Below, piece after piece: positions 46,828 through 56,308 of a stretch of DNA of 64,000 nucleotides. Source of the DNA: a virus. Position 1 is the first letter of the stretch. Each line of letters begins with the position of its first letter. The notes beneath the pieces are model-generated. The model was given only the letters and a program-made list of their open reading frames with translations. It searched no databases and was not told the DNA's origin. The stretch spans positions 49,161 through 113,160 of the IMG/VR virus record IMGVR_UViG_3300045922_000293; one strand, 5' to 3'. The position numbers were made by a program, and so were the translations under genes.

Positions 46828-49800
46828 ATGTCACAATTCTTCGGATCGGGTGTTAGCCGCACTCTTCAGGCGAGGGGCCGTCAGTTTTCTTCTGTTGTGT
46901 GGCAAGAGAAGCGCCCCCCGATGGATGATGAGTTTAATCTTGTGTCACAATCACAAGAAGAATTGCGCCGTCTTTTGTTGCTGGCCAATACGCCCTCGGG
47001 CTTTGTGACGACGTCGCATGCCCCCAAATTAGATTATAGCTTTGACCGCCAAGCCACGAACATGTTTTGGCTAGGCAATCATCCTAGTGATATTGCTTAT
47101 GCTCTTGTAAACGGCTGGATTATACCCATTACCGGAACTCTTTGGTCAGAAGATGCTAGGGCGGCGATTAAGTTACCGCCGCCGTCAGCCCCCCCTCAAG
47201 AGGCGGATGTGAATTTCGTGTTCCTTGAGGTGTGGCAATCTCTGATCGCACCCACAGGCGTGGCGAATAAACCCGCCGTGGATTCTTTATGGCCCTTTGG
47301 TAATGTTGAATTCGGCGGAACGATTCTACCCCATGAATTGATCCATCCCAAGATCGGTTTAGAGACATCTAAACGTGTGCAGATCCAATACCGCATCCGT
47401 GTGATTCCGAGGGTGAATCCCGCTTTGAGCCCTTACGGCTTTAATCCTAGCATTAGGCCGCAAGGGCCACTCCCCTCCCCCACAACGGCAGCAACACCGT
47501 TGTATCAATATCAAAACATGCGTGACGAGATGGGGGATGCGGGCCTGTGGCGCGCGGGGGATGGTAACGGTCAGACAGGCTTGCTTCAGACAGTAGACGG
47601 GTATGTCTATGCGGTGCCGATTGCACTTGTATTCAGGCGGAATTCAGGCACATGGGGACTTACCCAAGGGATGCACGATTTGGCTTTCAATCGCAATCCA
47701 TCCATGGTGAACCGCTTAGATGCTAGGGTGTTACCTCATGTCACATTAATGGCACCTTTGACCCCAGATGCGTTGGTTGCTACCGTGAATCTAGCCCGTC
47801 AGGACACCCCATTTCCCGCTATGGGGTCCATCAAGATCGGGGAGGAGGTCATCACGTATTCGGATTGGACTGGTACAACATTGACGTTTAGTGAGCGGGG
47901 AGCACGTGGAACGCATCCGAGCGCACATCAGGAAGATGCTTTGGTGCAAGCACCTACCTCCAACCCGCTGGGTTTGTACGCCGATCAAATTATTGAAGAA
48001 GATGTTTATGATCTGAGACCCGCGGTGCAGTTAAGGGGGCATGATCATCACGGCCTTCTTGAGGCCACATTAGACAGGCTTCTCAACGGTCAGCTTACAA
48101 GTGCATGGAAGCGAAGCGAAGCCAACATGAAGGGCACCAGGCACTTTCAAGTGGATGTTTTGACTCAAGGCGCCGTCCCCCCTAATGGTACTCTTGAGGG
48201 GGATGCACCGGATGGTTTCAGGCGCGTGTTCAGTGATGCCGTGGTGCCTCAGTCCAAAAATCTGATCGTGTTCGGGGAATCCGATGCCACAGCAGCGATT
48301 GATTGGTCGTTGAACCCGATTGGGACTGTGCAACGCACGGTGGCGAATCAATGGAATACAGGGGATATTTTAAGAATACCGCTTGACCAATACCGTAATA
48401 CGTTCAAGACAGGCGCCAATCAAAAGGTTCGTTTTGTGCATCCGCTAGAGTATTTTCAAGGATCTGATCATGACCCCGTGAAGGTGTGGTTCGGGTCAAC
48501 GGATGAGGCATCCTCAAGCCCTACGGAAGATGATTATCTGAGCTATAGCCCTCTAGGTGCTTTGGTGAATTTCGGGCGCCCGTTCACGGTGCTAGGGGAA
48601 AAGCCTGTTGGGCTGCCCGTCCCCGTAGAAGGATCGGGACCTATTCAGTTCATTTCGACAAACGTTGCTGTGATTACAGGTGTGGATTTTTCACTCTTGT
48701 TTCAAGGTCAAACTGTAGCTAATTTCCTTGCTTCAACAGAAGCATGCTTGATCGCGGGGGATAATAACCCCAATCCACTGAATCCTATCAATCATGGTGC
48801 ATGGCGTATTGTGGGATCTGATGGTGGTACGGGTCTTTTGCTTGAGCGGCTTGACGCCTCTTCCCCCGCTTTTGACCCTGTGACGAATGTGAGAGATTGG
48901 GCGATCCGTTATGAGTCTTGTACGGAGGCGGATACAGAGGTGTATATTGTCTTGACGGGTCAGCCACTCGCGCCTTTCTCCTTGAGCCCGACGCTATCTA
49001 TCTCTTATACGCTTCTTTATCATGCCTCGCGAGGGTTAGCCCGATGCCCCGAAAACGGACTCTTTGTACGTGTGGACACCCCTAATCCGGGCGTGACAAA
49101 TTATGTGCGTGAATTGAATTTCCCTGATGAGCAGAGCGCCACTGCGGCGACCGTGAGGGATTTCCCGTGCTATCCTTTAGCGCAGATCGCACAATTCACG
49201 CTTGAAGACTTAAACCTTAGCCCCCGCATCACACCCACATTAAATGTGGCGGTTGCGCCCAAGGTTTGGGGAGAGGCTTATACAGATAGGGCGTCTAAAA
49301 CACTTGTGTTTCAGCCTGTGCGTAGGGTTCAGGCGAGGCTCCTCCCGCGTGCCTTACCTAACACACTCCCCGCTATTGCAATCCCGAATTTTTTGACAAC
49401 AGCGGGATCCCCCTCTTATGCAATCCCCTATGATATCTTGCCCCCCAAAGGTATGCAACAAGTGCCTTTTGTGTCTACGCGCTCGAATGGTAGTCTTGAT
49501 GTGCCTTTCGGTGTGAATTTCTTATTTCTCTTGAGCGGGGGTCAGAATCCGGCGGCTCAAAACCCTAATCCTAGACTGATGCTTCAGCGCGTGCTGTTAT
49601 CCTATAACCCCGCATCTGGTGTGCCTTTTGGCAATTATGTGCCTCTTAGCACCTATGGGGGTAATGCATTGACAACAGAGGCGTTATCGATCCGTCGCTA
49701 TAACCAAAACGGTGTTCAGGGGTTTGAGCTGCCCTCACATCTGGGTATAGCACGTCTTTTTGGTATCTATCGCGCCCCCGACTTCTATACAAACGGGGGA

Positions 49801-51237
49801 TTAGGCGCCTTTGCCGCTCCCGTTTTCCGTAATGATGCGGGGTCTACGATCGAGAACCTTATCCGGACGGATCGGGGCGTATTACACATTACGGATCAAG
49901 GCACGTTTGTGATCCCTGATGAGATGTTGGATGCAAGTCGCTTGGATGCGGCCACGCCCGTCCCCATCATTTTTGAGGTTGCATTATTCGCATTCGATAC
50001 ATGGCCAAATCGGCGTGATGGTTTCATGCGCGTTTTGACCACAAATGCTGCGGGTGAACCTCCTGGTGTAACTCTGAGTCTTCTGTTGAATGGTCCTGCC
50101 ACACAGGTCGATACCATTTTCATGGTGAGCACGCGTCGCCCTTATCAAGGTTCGTTCACGGGTACCATGCCCGTGTCTACGACAAATTCATCTAATCTAG
50201 ACCCCGTAGATTATATCCCGAAGCGGGCCACTGAAACGCCTCCCCAGATTATGGCGCTCCGTGAGAGTCTTGACCCCTTGACAGCAAAGCAACTCAACCC
50301 CGCTAGCCTTCAGATATTGGCTTATAAGGTCTTCGTGACGACGCAAGGTACGGGGCGCGTGAGTGGCCCCTTTGTGCCCGGATCATATACAGATGTGGGC
50401 CATATGGGATTAGCGGGCTACCCGTTCAGCACGATTACGGATCCAACTTTAAGAGTACGATCAAGGGCGTTGTCTTTCCCTAACACGGGCACACCCGATG
50501 GTTACGCACACACGGAACGCCTCCCGCTAGGCATTCTAGCTCAGGATGCTTATTTCTTAGGTGAGGGTTTAGGTCCGAAAGACTCAAGTTTTTGGCTAGA
50601 GACGTATATATCGGGGCCGTCACGGTCAGCCCTTCAGGCTAGAAATAACCGCATCTTGACCACGCAACCTTGCGGGTCGGGGATTATTGTAGTGAGTGAC
50701 GGTACGTCATTAGGGTCTTCTACCCAGATTGGCTATAACGCGTCCTTTGGCCTGTACCGTACTTATCGTGGGGGTACGCTTACGGACCGTGAAGGTCAGC
50801 CGTGCGCATGGCAAGGGCCCGTTGTCTATAAAGATCTCACCATCTTGCCTACCCCGTTGCGCGTACAAGACCGTCAAATTCATGGGGGCGCGTTATTCTG
50901 TGTGGCATTCTTGGTCCGGACGACTCGTGAGGTAGCCACGGATCTTGATATTGTGACAAATTACGGGGACGAGCTGCAAGTTGTGGTCGTGACTGGTTTA
51001 CAGTTGGGGCGTGATCTTGACGTGAGTACTCTAGGTTTGAACCGTGAGCCGATGGAATTGTTAGCTGATCTTCATGTGACGGGTATCGGTGAAGGCTATT
51101 GCGCGGTGGATAGATACCGCTGTGAGGGCAGACCTATGGAGCGCGGAGCGGTGGATTTGAAGACACGTGACGTAGCGAGGACAAGTGATGGCGGAAACAC
51201 TCCACAAGTACCAGATCCCTGTTTATGTGCGCCTTAA
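46828..51237 (+). CDS. large baseplate/tail structural protein (paralog of 37326-39869)
   Basis: WQ..RPP.D.E.N start; N.VFLEVW, ETSKRVQIQYRIR, TVDGYVYA.PIA.VFRRN. Confidence 0.7.
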   Translation: MSQFFGSGVSRTLQARGRQFSSVVWQEKRPPMDDEFNLVSQSQEELRRLLLLANTPSGFVTTSHAPKLDYSFDRQATNMFWLGNHPSDIAYALVNGWIIPITGTLWSEDARAAIKLPPPSAPPQEADVNFVFLEVWQSLIAPTGVANKPAVDSLWPFGNVEFGGTILPHELIHPKIGLETSKRVQIQYRIRVIPRVNPALSPYGFNPSIRPQGPLPSPTTAATPLYQYQNMRDEMGDAGLWRAGDGNGQTGLLQTVDGYVYAVPIALVFRRNSGTWGLTQGMHDLAFNRNPSMVNRLDARVLPHVTLMAPLTPDALVATVNLARQDTPFPAMGSIKIGEEVITYSDWTGTTLTFSERGARGTHPSAHQEDALVQAPTSNPLGLYADQIIEEDVYDLRPAVQLRGHDHHGLLEATLDRLLNGQLTSAWKRSEANMKGTRHFQVDVLTQGAVPPNGTLEGDAPDGFRRVFSDAVVPQSKNLIVFGESDATAAIDWSLNPIGTVQRTVANQWNTGDILRIPLDQYRNTFKTGANQKVRFVHPLEYFQGSDHDPVKVWFGSTDEASSSPTEDDYLSYSPLGALVNFGRPFTVLGEKPVGLPVPVEGSGPIQFISTNVAVITGVDFSLLFQGQTVANFLASTEACLIAGDNNPNPLNPINHGAWRIVGSDGGTGLLLERLDASSPAFDPVTNVRDWAIRYESCTEADTEVYIVLTGQPLAPFSLSPTLSISYTLLYHASRGLARCPENGLFVRVDTPNPGVTNYVRELNFPDEQSATAATVRDFPCYPLAQIAQFTLEDLNLSPRITPTLNVAVAPKVWGEAYTDRASKTLVFQPVRRVQARLLPRALPNTLPAIAIPNFLTTAGSPSYAIPYDILPPKGMQQVPFVSTRSNGSLDVPFGVNFLFLLSGGQNPAAQNPNPRLMLQRVLLSYNPASGVPFGNYVPLSTYGGNALTTEALSIRRYNQNGVQGFELPSHLGIARLFGIYRAPDFYTNGGLGAFAAPVFRNDAGSTIENLIRTDRGVLHITDQGTFVIPDEMLDASRLDAATPVPIIFEVALFAFDTWPNRRDGFMRVLTTNAAGEPPGVTLSLLLNGPATQVDTIFMVSTRRPYQGSFTGTMPVSTTNSSNLDPVDYIPKRATETPPQIMALRESLDPLTAKQLNPASLQILAYKVFVTTQGTGRVSGPFVPGSYTDVGHMGLAGYPFSTITDPTLRVRSRALSFPNTGTPDGYAHTERLPLGILAQDAYFLGEGLGPKDSSFWLETYISGPSRSALQARNNRILTTQPCGSGIIVVSDGTSLGSSTQIGYNASFGLYRTYRGGTLTDREGQPCAWQGPVVYKDLTILPTPLRVQDRQIHGGALFCVAFLVRTTREVATDLDIVTNYGDELQVVVVTGLQLGRDLDVSTLGLNREPMELLADLHVTGIGEGYCAVDRYRCEGRPMERGAVDLKTRDVARTSDGGNTPQVPDPCLCAP

Positions 51238-51376
51238 AGGTTTAAAGGCTTATAAAGCGCGTTTAACACATCAGCTTGAGATGTGTGCTTTTGATGCGAT
51301 TCAAAAAGCATTTTTAAACAATCTTCTAATAAAATGCGTAATAGAGATCAGGGAGCTTGAGCAAAGCCAAACCTAA
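51188..51376 (+). CDS. small hypothetical helical protein
   Basis: GAGGA RBS; overlaps the previous gene end. Confidence 0.45.
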   Translation: MAETLHKYQIPVYVRLKGLKAYKARLTHQLEMCAFDAIQKAFLNNLLIKCVIEIRELEQSQT

Positions 51377-51415
51377 TCTTTGTGAGTGATGTGTGTACGT
51401 AGTGGGGAGGTTATC

Positions 51416-51967
51416 ATGTGGGAAGTGATAAAAAACAAAATGCTCTCGATTAAGTGGGGCAACGTCATCTTAGAAGATGATGCCCTCTCTTTCGGTCGAA
51501 TCGCCGGTTGGATCACCCTCATGATGTTGATGCGTGTGTGGCATGCTGGTGGTGATCCCCCTTTGAGCTTAGTCGAGACGTTTTGGGCTCTTCTGATCTA
51601 TAACGCGGGTAAGAAGATGACATCCCCCATGGCGTCTTTCTTGACATCCAGGTCGTTGTCGAATCGTGTCATTCCCCCTTCGTCACAATCCCGTGTCATC
51701 GCAACGGAAGCCAAGAAGCCTAAAAAGAAGCATCTTGAGGTTGAGGATGATATGATTGTGGAGGAGGGGGATCTGGATCTTGATGACGTGAAGACGCCGC
51801 ATCCCGGATCGTTAGATCGCTTGCCCATTCCGCCCGTGTTCCATCATTCCCGTGAAGAGATGAGGGCGGGTGTGGTGCCCTCCCGCTCGGTTATCCACCC
51901 CTCGCCAACCTCAAGGCGCGTAGAGATCAAAACAACGGAGATCGATGATCCGTTCTCCCCTGATTAG
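51416..51967 (+). CDS. putative holin-like membrane protein
   Basis: GGAGG RBS; S.GR followed by two hydrophobic segments, Y..GKK and a charged disordered tail. Confidence 0.5.
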   Translation: MWEVIKNKMLSIKWGNVILEDDALSFGRIAGWITLMMLMRVWHAGGDPPLSLVETFWALLIYNAGKKMTSPMASFLTSRSLSNRVIPPSSQSRVIATEAKKPKKKHLEVEDDMIVEEGDLDLDDVKTPHPGSLDRLPIPPVFHHSREEMRAGVVPSRSVIHPSPTSRRVEIKTTEIDDPFSPD

Positions 51968-51978
51968 AGAGTTTTTTC

Positions 51979-52254
51979 ATGGATGTAAGGAAATTGACGT
52001 CTAAAGCTTCAAAAATGTTTCTGGATCTTCAAAAAGAGCATGAGATCTCGGAAGCGTCCATGCTGTTAGCGGGTTATGTAGGGGGCCGTGTTGCACGGGA
52101 GGGGGGGTCAGAGAAAGACCTGACATCATGGCTTCAGGCTAACTATGGTACGGTTTTTGTTAAACTTTCCCCTTCTTTTGACTGTGGGCATAATCTAAGA
52201 GATCTGTTGAAATTTGCACTGAAAACCTTTTTAAAGGTAAAGTCAAGTCTGTGA
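51979..52254 (+). CDS. hypothetical protein
   Basis: 91-aa ORF in the array. Confidence 0.55.
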   Translation: MDVRKLTSKASKMFLDLQKEHEISEASMLLAGYVGGRVAREGGSEKDLTSWLQANYGTVFVKLSPSFDCGHNLRDLLKFALKTFLKVKSSL

Positions 52255-52255
52255 G

Positions 52256-52297
52256 ACACCAAGACCTAGATATCATCGAGTCTCTAGGTCTTGGTGT
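52256..52297. terminator. perfect 15-bp inverted repeat immediately after a stop codon (possible terminator or processing stem)
   Basis: acaccaagacctaga-12 nt-tctaggtcttggtgt; no clean U-tract. Confidence 0.55.
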
Positions 52298-52323
52298 TGC
52301 ATTGTGATGAATCTTGATGTAGT
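52297..52323 (+). promoter_or_regulatory. copy 4 of the TTG-N7-RTGA-N2-STTG motif
   Basis: TTGcattgtgATGAatCTTGaTGTA followed by gtggGGTTCGCGG, as at 5391-5403. Confidence 0.5.
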
Positions 52324-52374
52324 TAGTGGGGTTCGCGGGGCCCTCGCTTCTTGGCCCACACGGGGATAGCACAT

Positions 52375-53460
52375 ATGGACATTTTGCGTTCTGCTTTAGA
52401 TCACGTCCTTAGTTTTTTAAGACTGATGTGGGTGTACATGATCCGATACCCCTTGGTGATCGTGGTCATGATGTGTGTATGTGTAGGGATGATTTTATAT
52501 ATGATTCTATCGCCTCAACATGCCGCAAGACTCAATGTGGGGGGTATCTTAGGGTGGCTGCTTGGCCGTAACAACCCTGTAGATATTCCTTCAGAAAAAG
52601 TGCGTGTACAGAAACGTGAAACCCCTATTGACATGCCGGACGATCACGGGTATGTGGAACGTGATCAGGATGCTCGGATTATCTATAATCAAGGGCTCTT
52701 GAGAGATAAATCCACGGTGAAGATCGTCCATTCAGATGGTTCCAATCGTGTGGTTGCTTTGCCGGAAGGTGTCATTGACACGGATGTGTCACGAGTCATT
52801 CTTTTTGATGCGGATAGAGCCGAGATCATTGTGCGTAAAAGACCTGATGCGACTGTCACACAAGACCTCCTAGGATTTTTCATTGTCTTCATGTCATTCG
52901 TTTTGTCTATAACAGCCCATGCTCAAGGGGCATGTCCCGAGGGGTATCGTTGTCTACCTCATGCGGAGGCGGCGAAGGTCCGCAAGGTCTTAGAGACCTA
53001 TCAGTGTATGGAGGAGGCGGCGAATACGAATCGAATCAGTATGTCATTAGATCCTTATACGATCATTCTTACACAAGAGGGGGCGATCTTAACAGATGAG
53101 AGGCTGAAAGGCCATCTTGTGTGGTGTGACTGGCACATTGAGTGGTCGGCAAAGCCTCGTTTCAGAATAGCCAAAGCCCCTGATAAAGTGACCCCCGATT
53201 ATGGAGCCCGTGTAAGGTTCCGGTTAGGTGTGGGTTATCTGTTCCATCATCCTCATGGGGGTCCTGACACAAGTGTATTAGTTGAGCCATTTTACTATAA
53301 AGCCTTTCATCCTGTGGTTTTAGCCGGATGGAAGTCGATGGGATTAGGTATAGCATTTGATATAACAAATACCGTAGATCTTTATGGCGCTGTAGCGTTC
53401 CCTTGGGGGGCTATAGGGGATGTAGCGCCGTTGATAGGTATAAGTGTAGCACTTCACTGA
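52375..53460 (+). CDS. membrane protein: N-terminal TM, internal signal-peptide-like segment, C-terminal beta-barrel-like domain
   Basis: PLVIVVMMCVCVGMILYMIL; FFIVFMSFVLSITAHA|Q; amphipathic strands ending PLIGISVALH. Confidence 0.55.
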   Translation: MDILRSALDHVLSFLRLMWVYMIRYPLVIVVMMCVCVGMILYMILSPQHAARLNVGGILGWLLGRNNPVDIPSEKVRVQKRETPIDMPDDHGYVERDQDARIIYNQGLLRDKSTVKIVHSDGSNRVVALPEGVIDTDVSRVILFDADRAEIIVRKRPDATVTQDLLGFFIVFMSFVLSITAHAQGACPEGYRCLPHAEAAKVRKVLETYQCMEEAANTNRISMSLDPYTIILTQEGAILTDERLKGHLVWCDWHIEWSAKPRFRIAKAPDKVTPDYGARVRFRLGVGYLFHHPHGGPDTSVLVEPFYYKAFHPVVLAGWKSMGLGIAFDITNTVDLYGAVAFPWGAIGDVAPLIGISVALH

Positions 53461-53471
53461 TTGAGGTAAAG

Positions 53472-53717
53472 ATGAGCGATAATTTTACACGTGATGAAAA
53501 TGCGGCCTATGATGAGATGATCCACTGGGCAAAGCATACGATGATGCCAAACATGTTCAGGGAGACCCATGCAAAGCTGCTTGAGGTAAGTAAAAAGCAC
53601 GGGGTAGAACCTTGGGGGGTATTGGCTAGAATGCACAAATACCCCTTCTCAGAGGTGTACCCTTGGCTGCCTACGTTCCTGTATCATGTGTTGCACATAC
53701 GATCAAACAGGCTCTAA
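53472..53717 (+). CDS. hypothetical protein
   Basis: GAGGT RBS before ATG 53472. Confidence 0.6.
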   Translation: MSDNFTRDENAAYDEMIHWAKHTMMPNMFRETHAKLLEVSKKHGVEPWGVLARMHKYPFSEVYPWLPTFLYHVLHIRSNRL

Positions 53718-53832
53718 GAGTCGAAAAGCATGGGGGTGTGGGGATATAAAGGATGATCATCGTTCGCACTTCTCTGCTATGATCCCCCCATAGCGGGGGG
53801 ATGAGGAGGATGGTATCAACACAGGAAATAAT

Positions 53833-55533
53833 ATGTCTGATCCCATTTATACAGAACACCCCCTAGTTGAATCACACCTATTAGATAAACAACAAAAGAT
53901 CAGGGGCAATGATACCTTAACTTTACGTCCCTCAAAATTTCTAGCGGATTTCATCCCTACCTCTCATGGCCTCGTCCCCCTCAAACTGAGGCCCTATCAG
54001 ATTCAAATGGTGTTTCATCTCTTGATGATGAACCGTTTTGTGATTGGCGATCCTACGGGCACGGGCAAGACGTTAGAGGCATTGGCGGCTTTTACATATA
54101 TTTGGGAAAAGGAAACGGATCTCAGACTGATTATTGTCACCACAAAGAGTTCGTTCAGGCAGTGGGCGGGTGAGATCAAGAAGTTCTGTAAAAACGTTGA
54201 TTATGCGTTAGTGGAGGGGAATCCTCAGCAACGTCTAGAGATTTATGATGCGTATTTCAACTCCCCGTGGGAAGAAGAACATCCCCGTGTTTTGATTACC
54301 ACTTACGCGCGCGCACGACTCGATAAGATCGAATTATATCAACATCTTAAAGGCATTAAATATGCGATTCTGCTCGATGAGGTTTCGGCGGTGAAGAGCC
54401 CCCAATCTCAGGTCCATGCAGCGATGAAAGAATTAGGTCAAAATGCTTGGCGTATGTATGGCATGACGGCCACGATGATCAAGAATCGATTGGATGAGGG
54501 CTACGGGATCTTCAAAGTCATTTATCCTCAGCTTTTCACAAGCCATGCAAAGTTCTTACAAGAATATTGTGTGACCCGCATGCAAAAGGTTGGGAGGCGG
54601 CAGGTTCCCGTGCTTGTTGGACACACAGCGGAGCATATCCATAAATTCAGGCAGCAGATATTCCCCTTTTATCTAGGGAGAGCGAAGCATGACATTGCAA
54701 AGGATCTGCCCTATTTGACTACAAAAGAGATTGAAGTGGAGATGAATTCCGAGCAGGGCAAACTTTATGACGATGCCCTACTGGGGATGCTACAGCTTAC
54801 GGATACGGAAGGGAATCCAAAAGACGTTGAGATGACAAAGCTCACACAGCTTATCTATACACAACAGATCGTCAATCATCCCGCACTGCTGGGTCATGAA
54901 TGTGCGCGTAGTGAAAAACATGACGCGTTGATGGAGTTGCTGGAGGAGGAGTTGCAGGATGAGAAGGTGATCGTCTTCACCAGGTTTAAGAAGATGGTGA
55001 ACGTGTTACAGGCTAGCTTAGAATCAAAAGGCTGGTCTTTGGGGTATACAAAGGCCGGTAAAAAGTGTACATCTAAGACAGCTCAGGGGCCTTACTTTGT
55101 AAGGGTGACGGGTGATGAGGATTCAGAAGAGCGAGAGGCCGCGCAGCGCGCCTTCACGGAGACCAGCGGGACAAAGATCATCTTCTTGACGATGGCGGGC
55201 TCCGAGAGCCTTAATTTACAGGCGGCGGGGACGATGATTTTCTATGATCTCCCGTGGTCAGCGGGGGATTATATCCAGCTAGTGGGCCGCATGGTCCGTA
55301 TCGGAAGCCCACAGACACGCGTTGTTGCGATCCATATGCTGGCACGTTGTTCTCAAACGCTTCACAAGAGCATTGATCATCACGTATCCAAGACACTAAA
55401 AAAGAAGATGGATTTGATTGAAAAAACTCTAGGAGGTCAGTTGCAGGGTGATATCGAAGTCAGTTCAAGAAATCAAGATGCGCTTGATATTTTTGAGACG
55501 ATGCTGCAAGACGCCAAGGAGAAGAAAAAATGA
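53833..55533 (+). CDS. SNF2-family helicase
   Basis: LRPYQ, D.TGTGKT, LDEV..VK, TAT..N, K.IVFT.F, E.LNLQ.A...IFYDLPW.....Q..GR..RIG. Confidence 0.92.
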   Translation: MSDPIYTEHPLVESHLLDKQQKIRGNDTLTLRPSKFLADFIPTSHGLVPLKLRPYQIQMVFHLLMMNRFVIGDPTGTGKTLEALAAFTYIWEKETDLRLIIVTTKSSFRQWAGEIKKFCKNVDYALVEGNPQQRLEIYDAYFNSPWEEEHPRVLITTYARARLDKIELYQHLKGIKYAILLDEVSAVKSPQSQVHAAMKELGQNAWRMYGMTATMIKNRLDEGYGIFKVIYPQLFTSHAKFLQEYCVTRMQKVGRRQVPVLVGHTAEHIHKFRQQIFPFYLGRAKHDIAKDLPYLTTKEIEVEMNSEQGKLYDDALLGMLQLTDTEGNPKDVEMTKLTQLIYTQQIVNHPALLGHECARSEKHDALMELLEEELQDEKVIVFTRFKKMVNVLQASLESKGWSLGYTKAGKKCTSKTAQGPYFVRVTGDEDSEEREAAQRAFTETSGTKIIFLTMAGSESLNLQAAGTMIFYDLPWSAGDYIQLVGRMVRIGSPQTRVVAIHMLARCSQTLHKSIDHHVSKTLKKKMDLIEKTLGGQLQGDIEVSSRNQDALDIFETMLQDAKEKKK

Positions 55534-56294
55534 CAGATCATGTGTGCCCTTATTGTCACGGGGATAAGGTGATCCGATCGATCGAGAAGAATGTCTATGG
55601 AATCGAGATGACGTATATGAAGCCTTGTGTCTGTGCCTTGATAGATCAGTTCAGGTCACGGGTTGGCCCTGATATTTTTAATGCAGCGACCTTGAAGGCA
55701 ACCCCCTTCAAGGATTGGACCAAGACCAATCTCTACATTGAAGGGGCGCGATTTGACATGCTTCCGCATCTCAAGAACGCATTGTGGTATGCAGGCACAG
55801 AGTTCTTTTTTAGACAGATCACAGATAATCAGCTCCTTGATGCATGGCTGAGTAAAGAGAAGTCCCATGCGGAAACTTTTAAGGGGTTCACTTCTTTGCG
55901 TGATGCCGTAGAAGACCCTGAATTGTTGCTTCTTCAGATCGGCATCTTGTCTTATGCGAATCGAGCGATGCCGGGCATTTTTCTCGAAACACTCAAGATG
56001 CGGGACCATCATAATCGAGCTACATGGATCTTGACGCCTAGGCATATGCCCTTTCAAGAGGGTCATTTATGTTATAGTGTAGAAGGCGAGCAGTACATGA
56101 AGCATATGGGGTATATGGGCTTAAAAGTAGTGGGCGATAATCTTTATAAGATCGGGGATATGCATGGACATCAGGCACCTTCTTCCCAAACCCCCCCGAA
56201 ACTTCAGGGGGTGGCAAAAGCTTCCCCTCTTCAAGAAATGAAAAAAGACCCTACAAATGCATCAAAATCCATTTTAAATAACTATACGTTCTAA
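55530..56294 (+). CDS. DnaC/IstB-like helicase loader with zinc finger and degenerate ATPase motifs
   Basis: CPYCHG...PCVC; directly upstream of DnaB; ELLLLQIG at the Walker B position; R...NRATWI. Confidence 0.55.
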   Translation: MTDHVCPYCHGDKVIRSIEKNVYGIEMTYMKPCVCALIDQFRSRVGPDIFNAATLKATPFKDWTKTNLYIEGARFDMLPHLKNALWYAGTEFFFRQITDNQLLDAWLSKEKSHAETFKGFTSLRDAVEDPELLLLQIGILSYANRAMPGIFLETLKMRDHHNRATWILTPRHMPFQEGHLCYSVEGEQYMKHMGYMGLKVVGDNLYKIGDMHGHQAPSSQTPPKLQGVAKASPLQEMKKDPTNASKSILNNYTF

Positions 56295-56308
56295 GAGGGT
56301 GGTGAATC

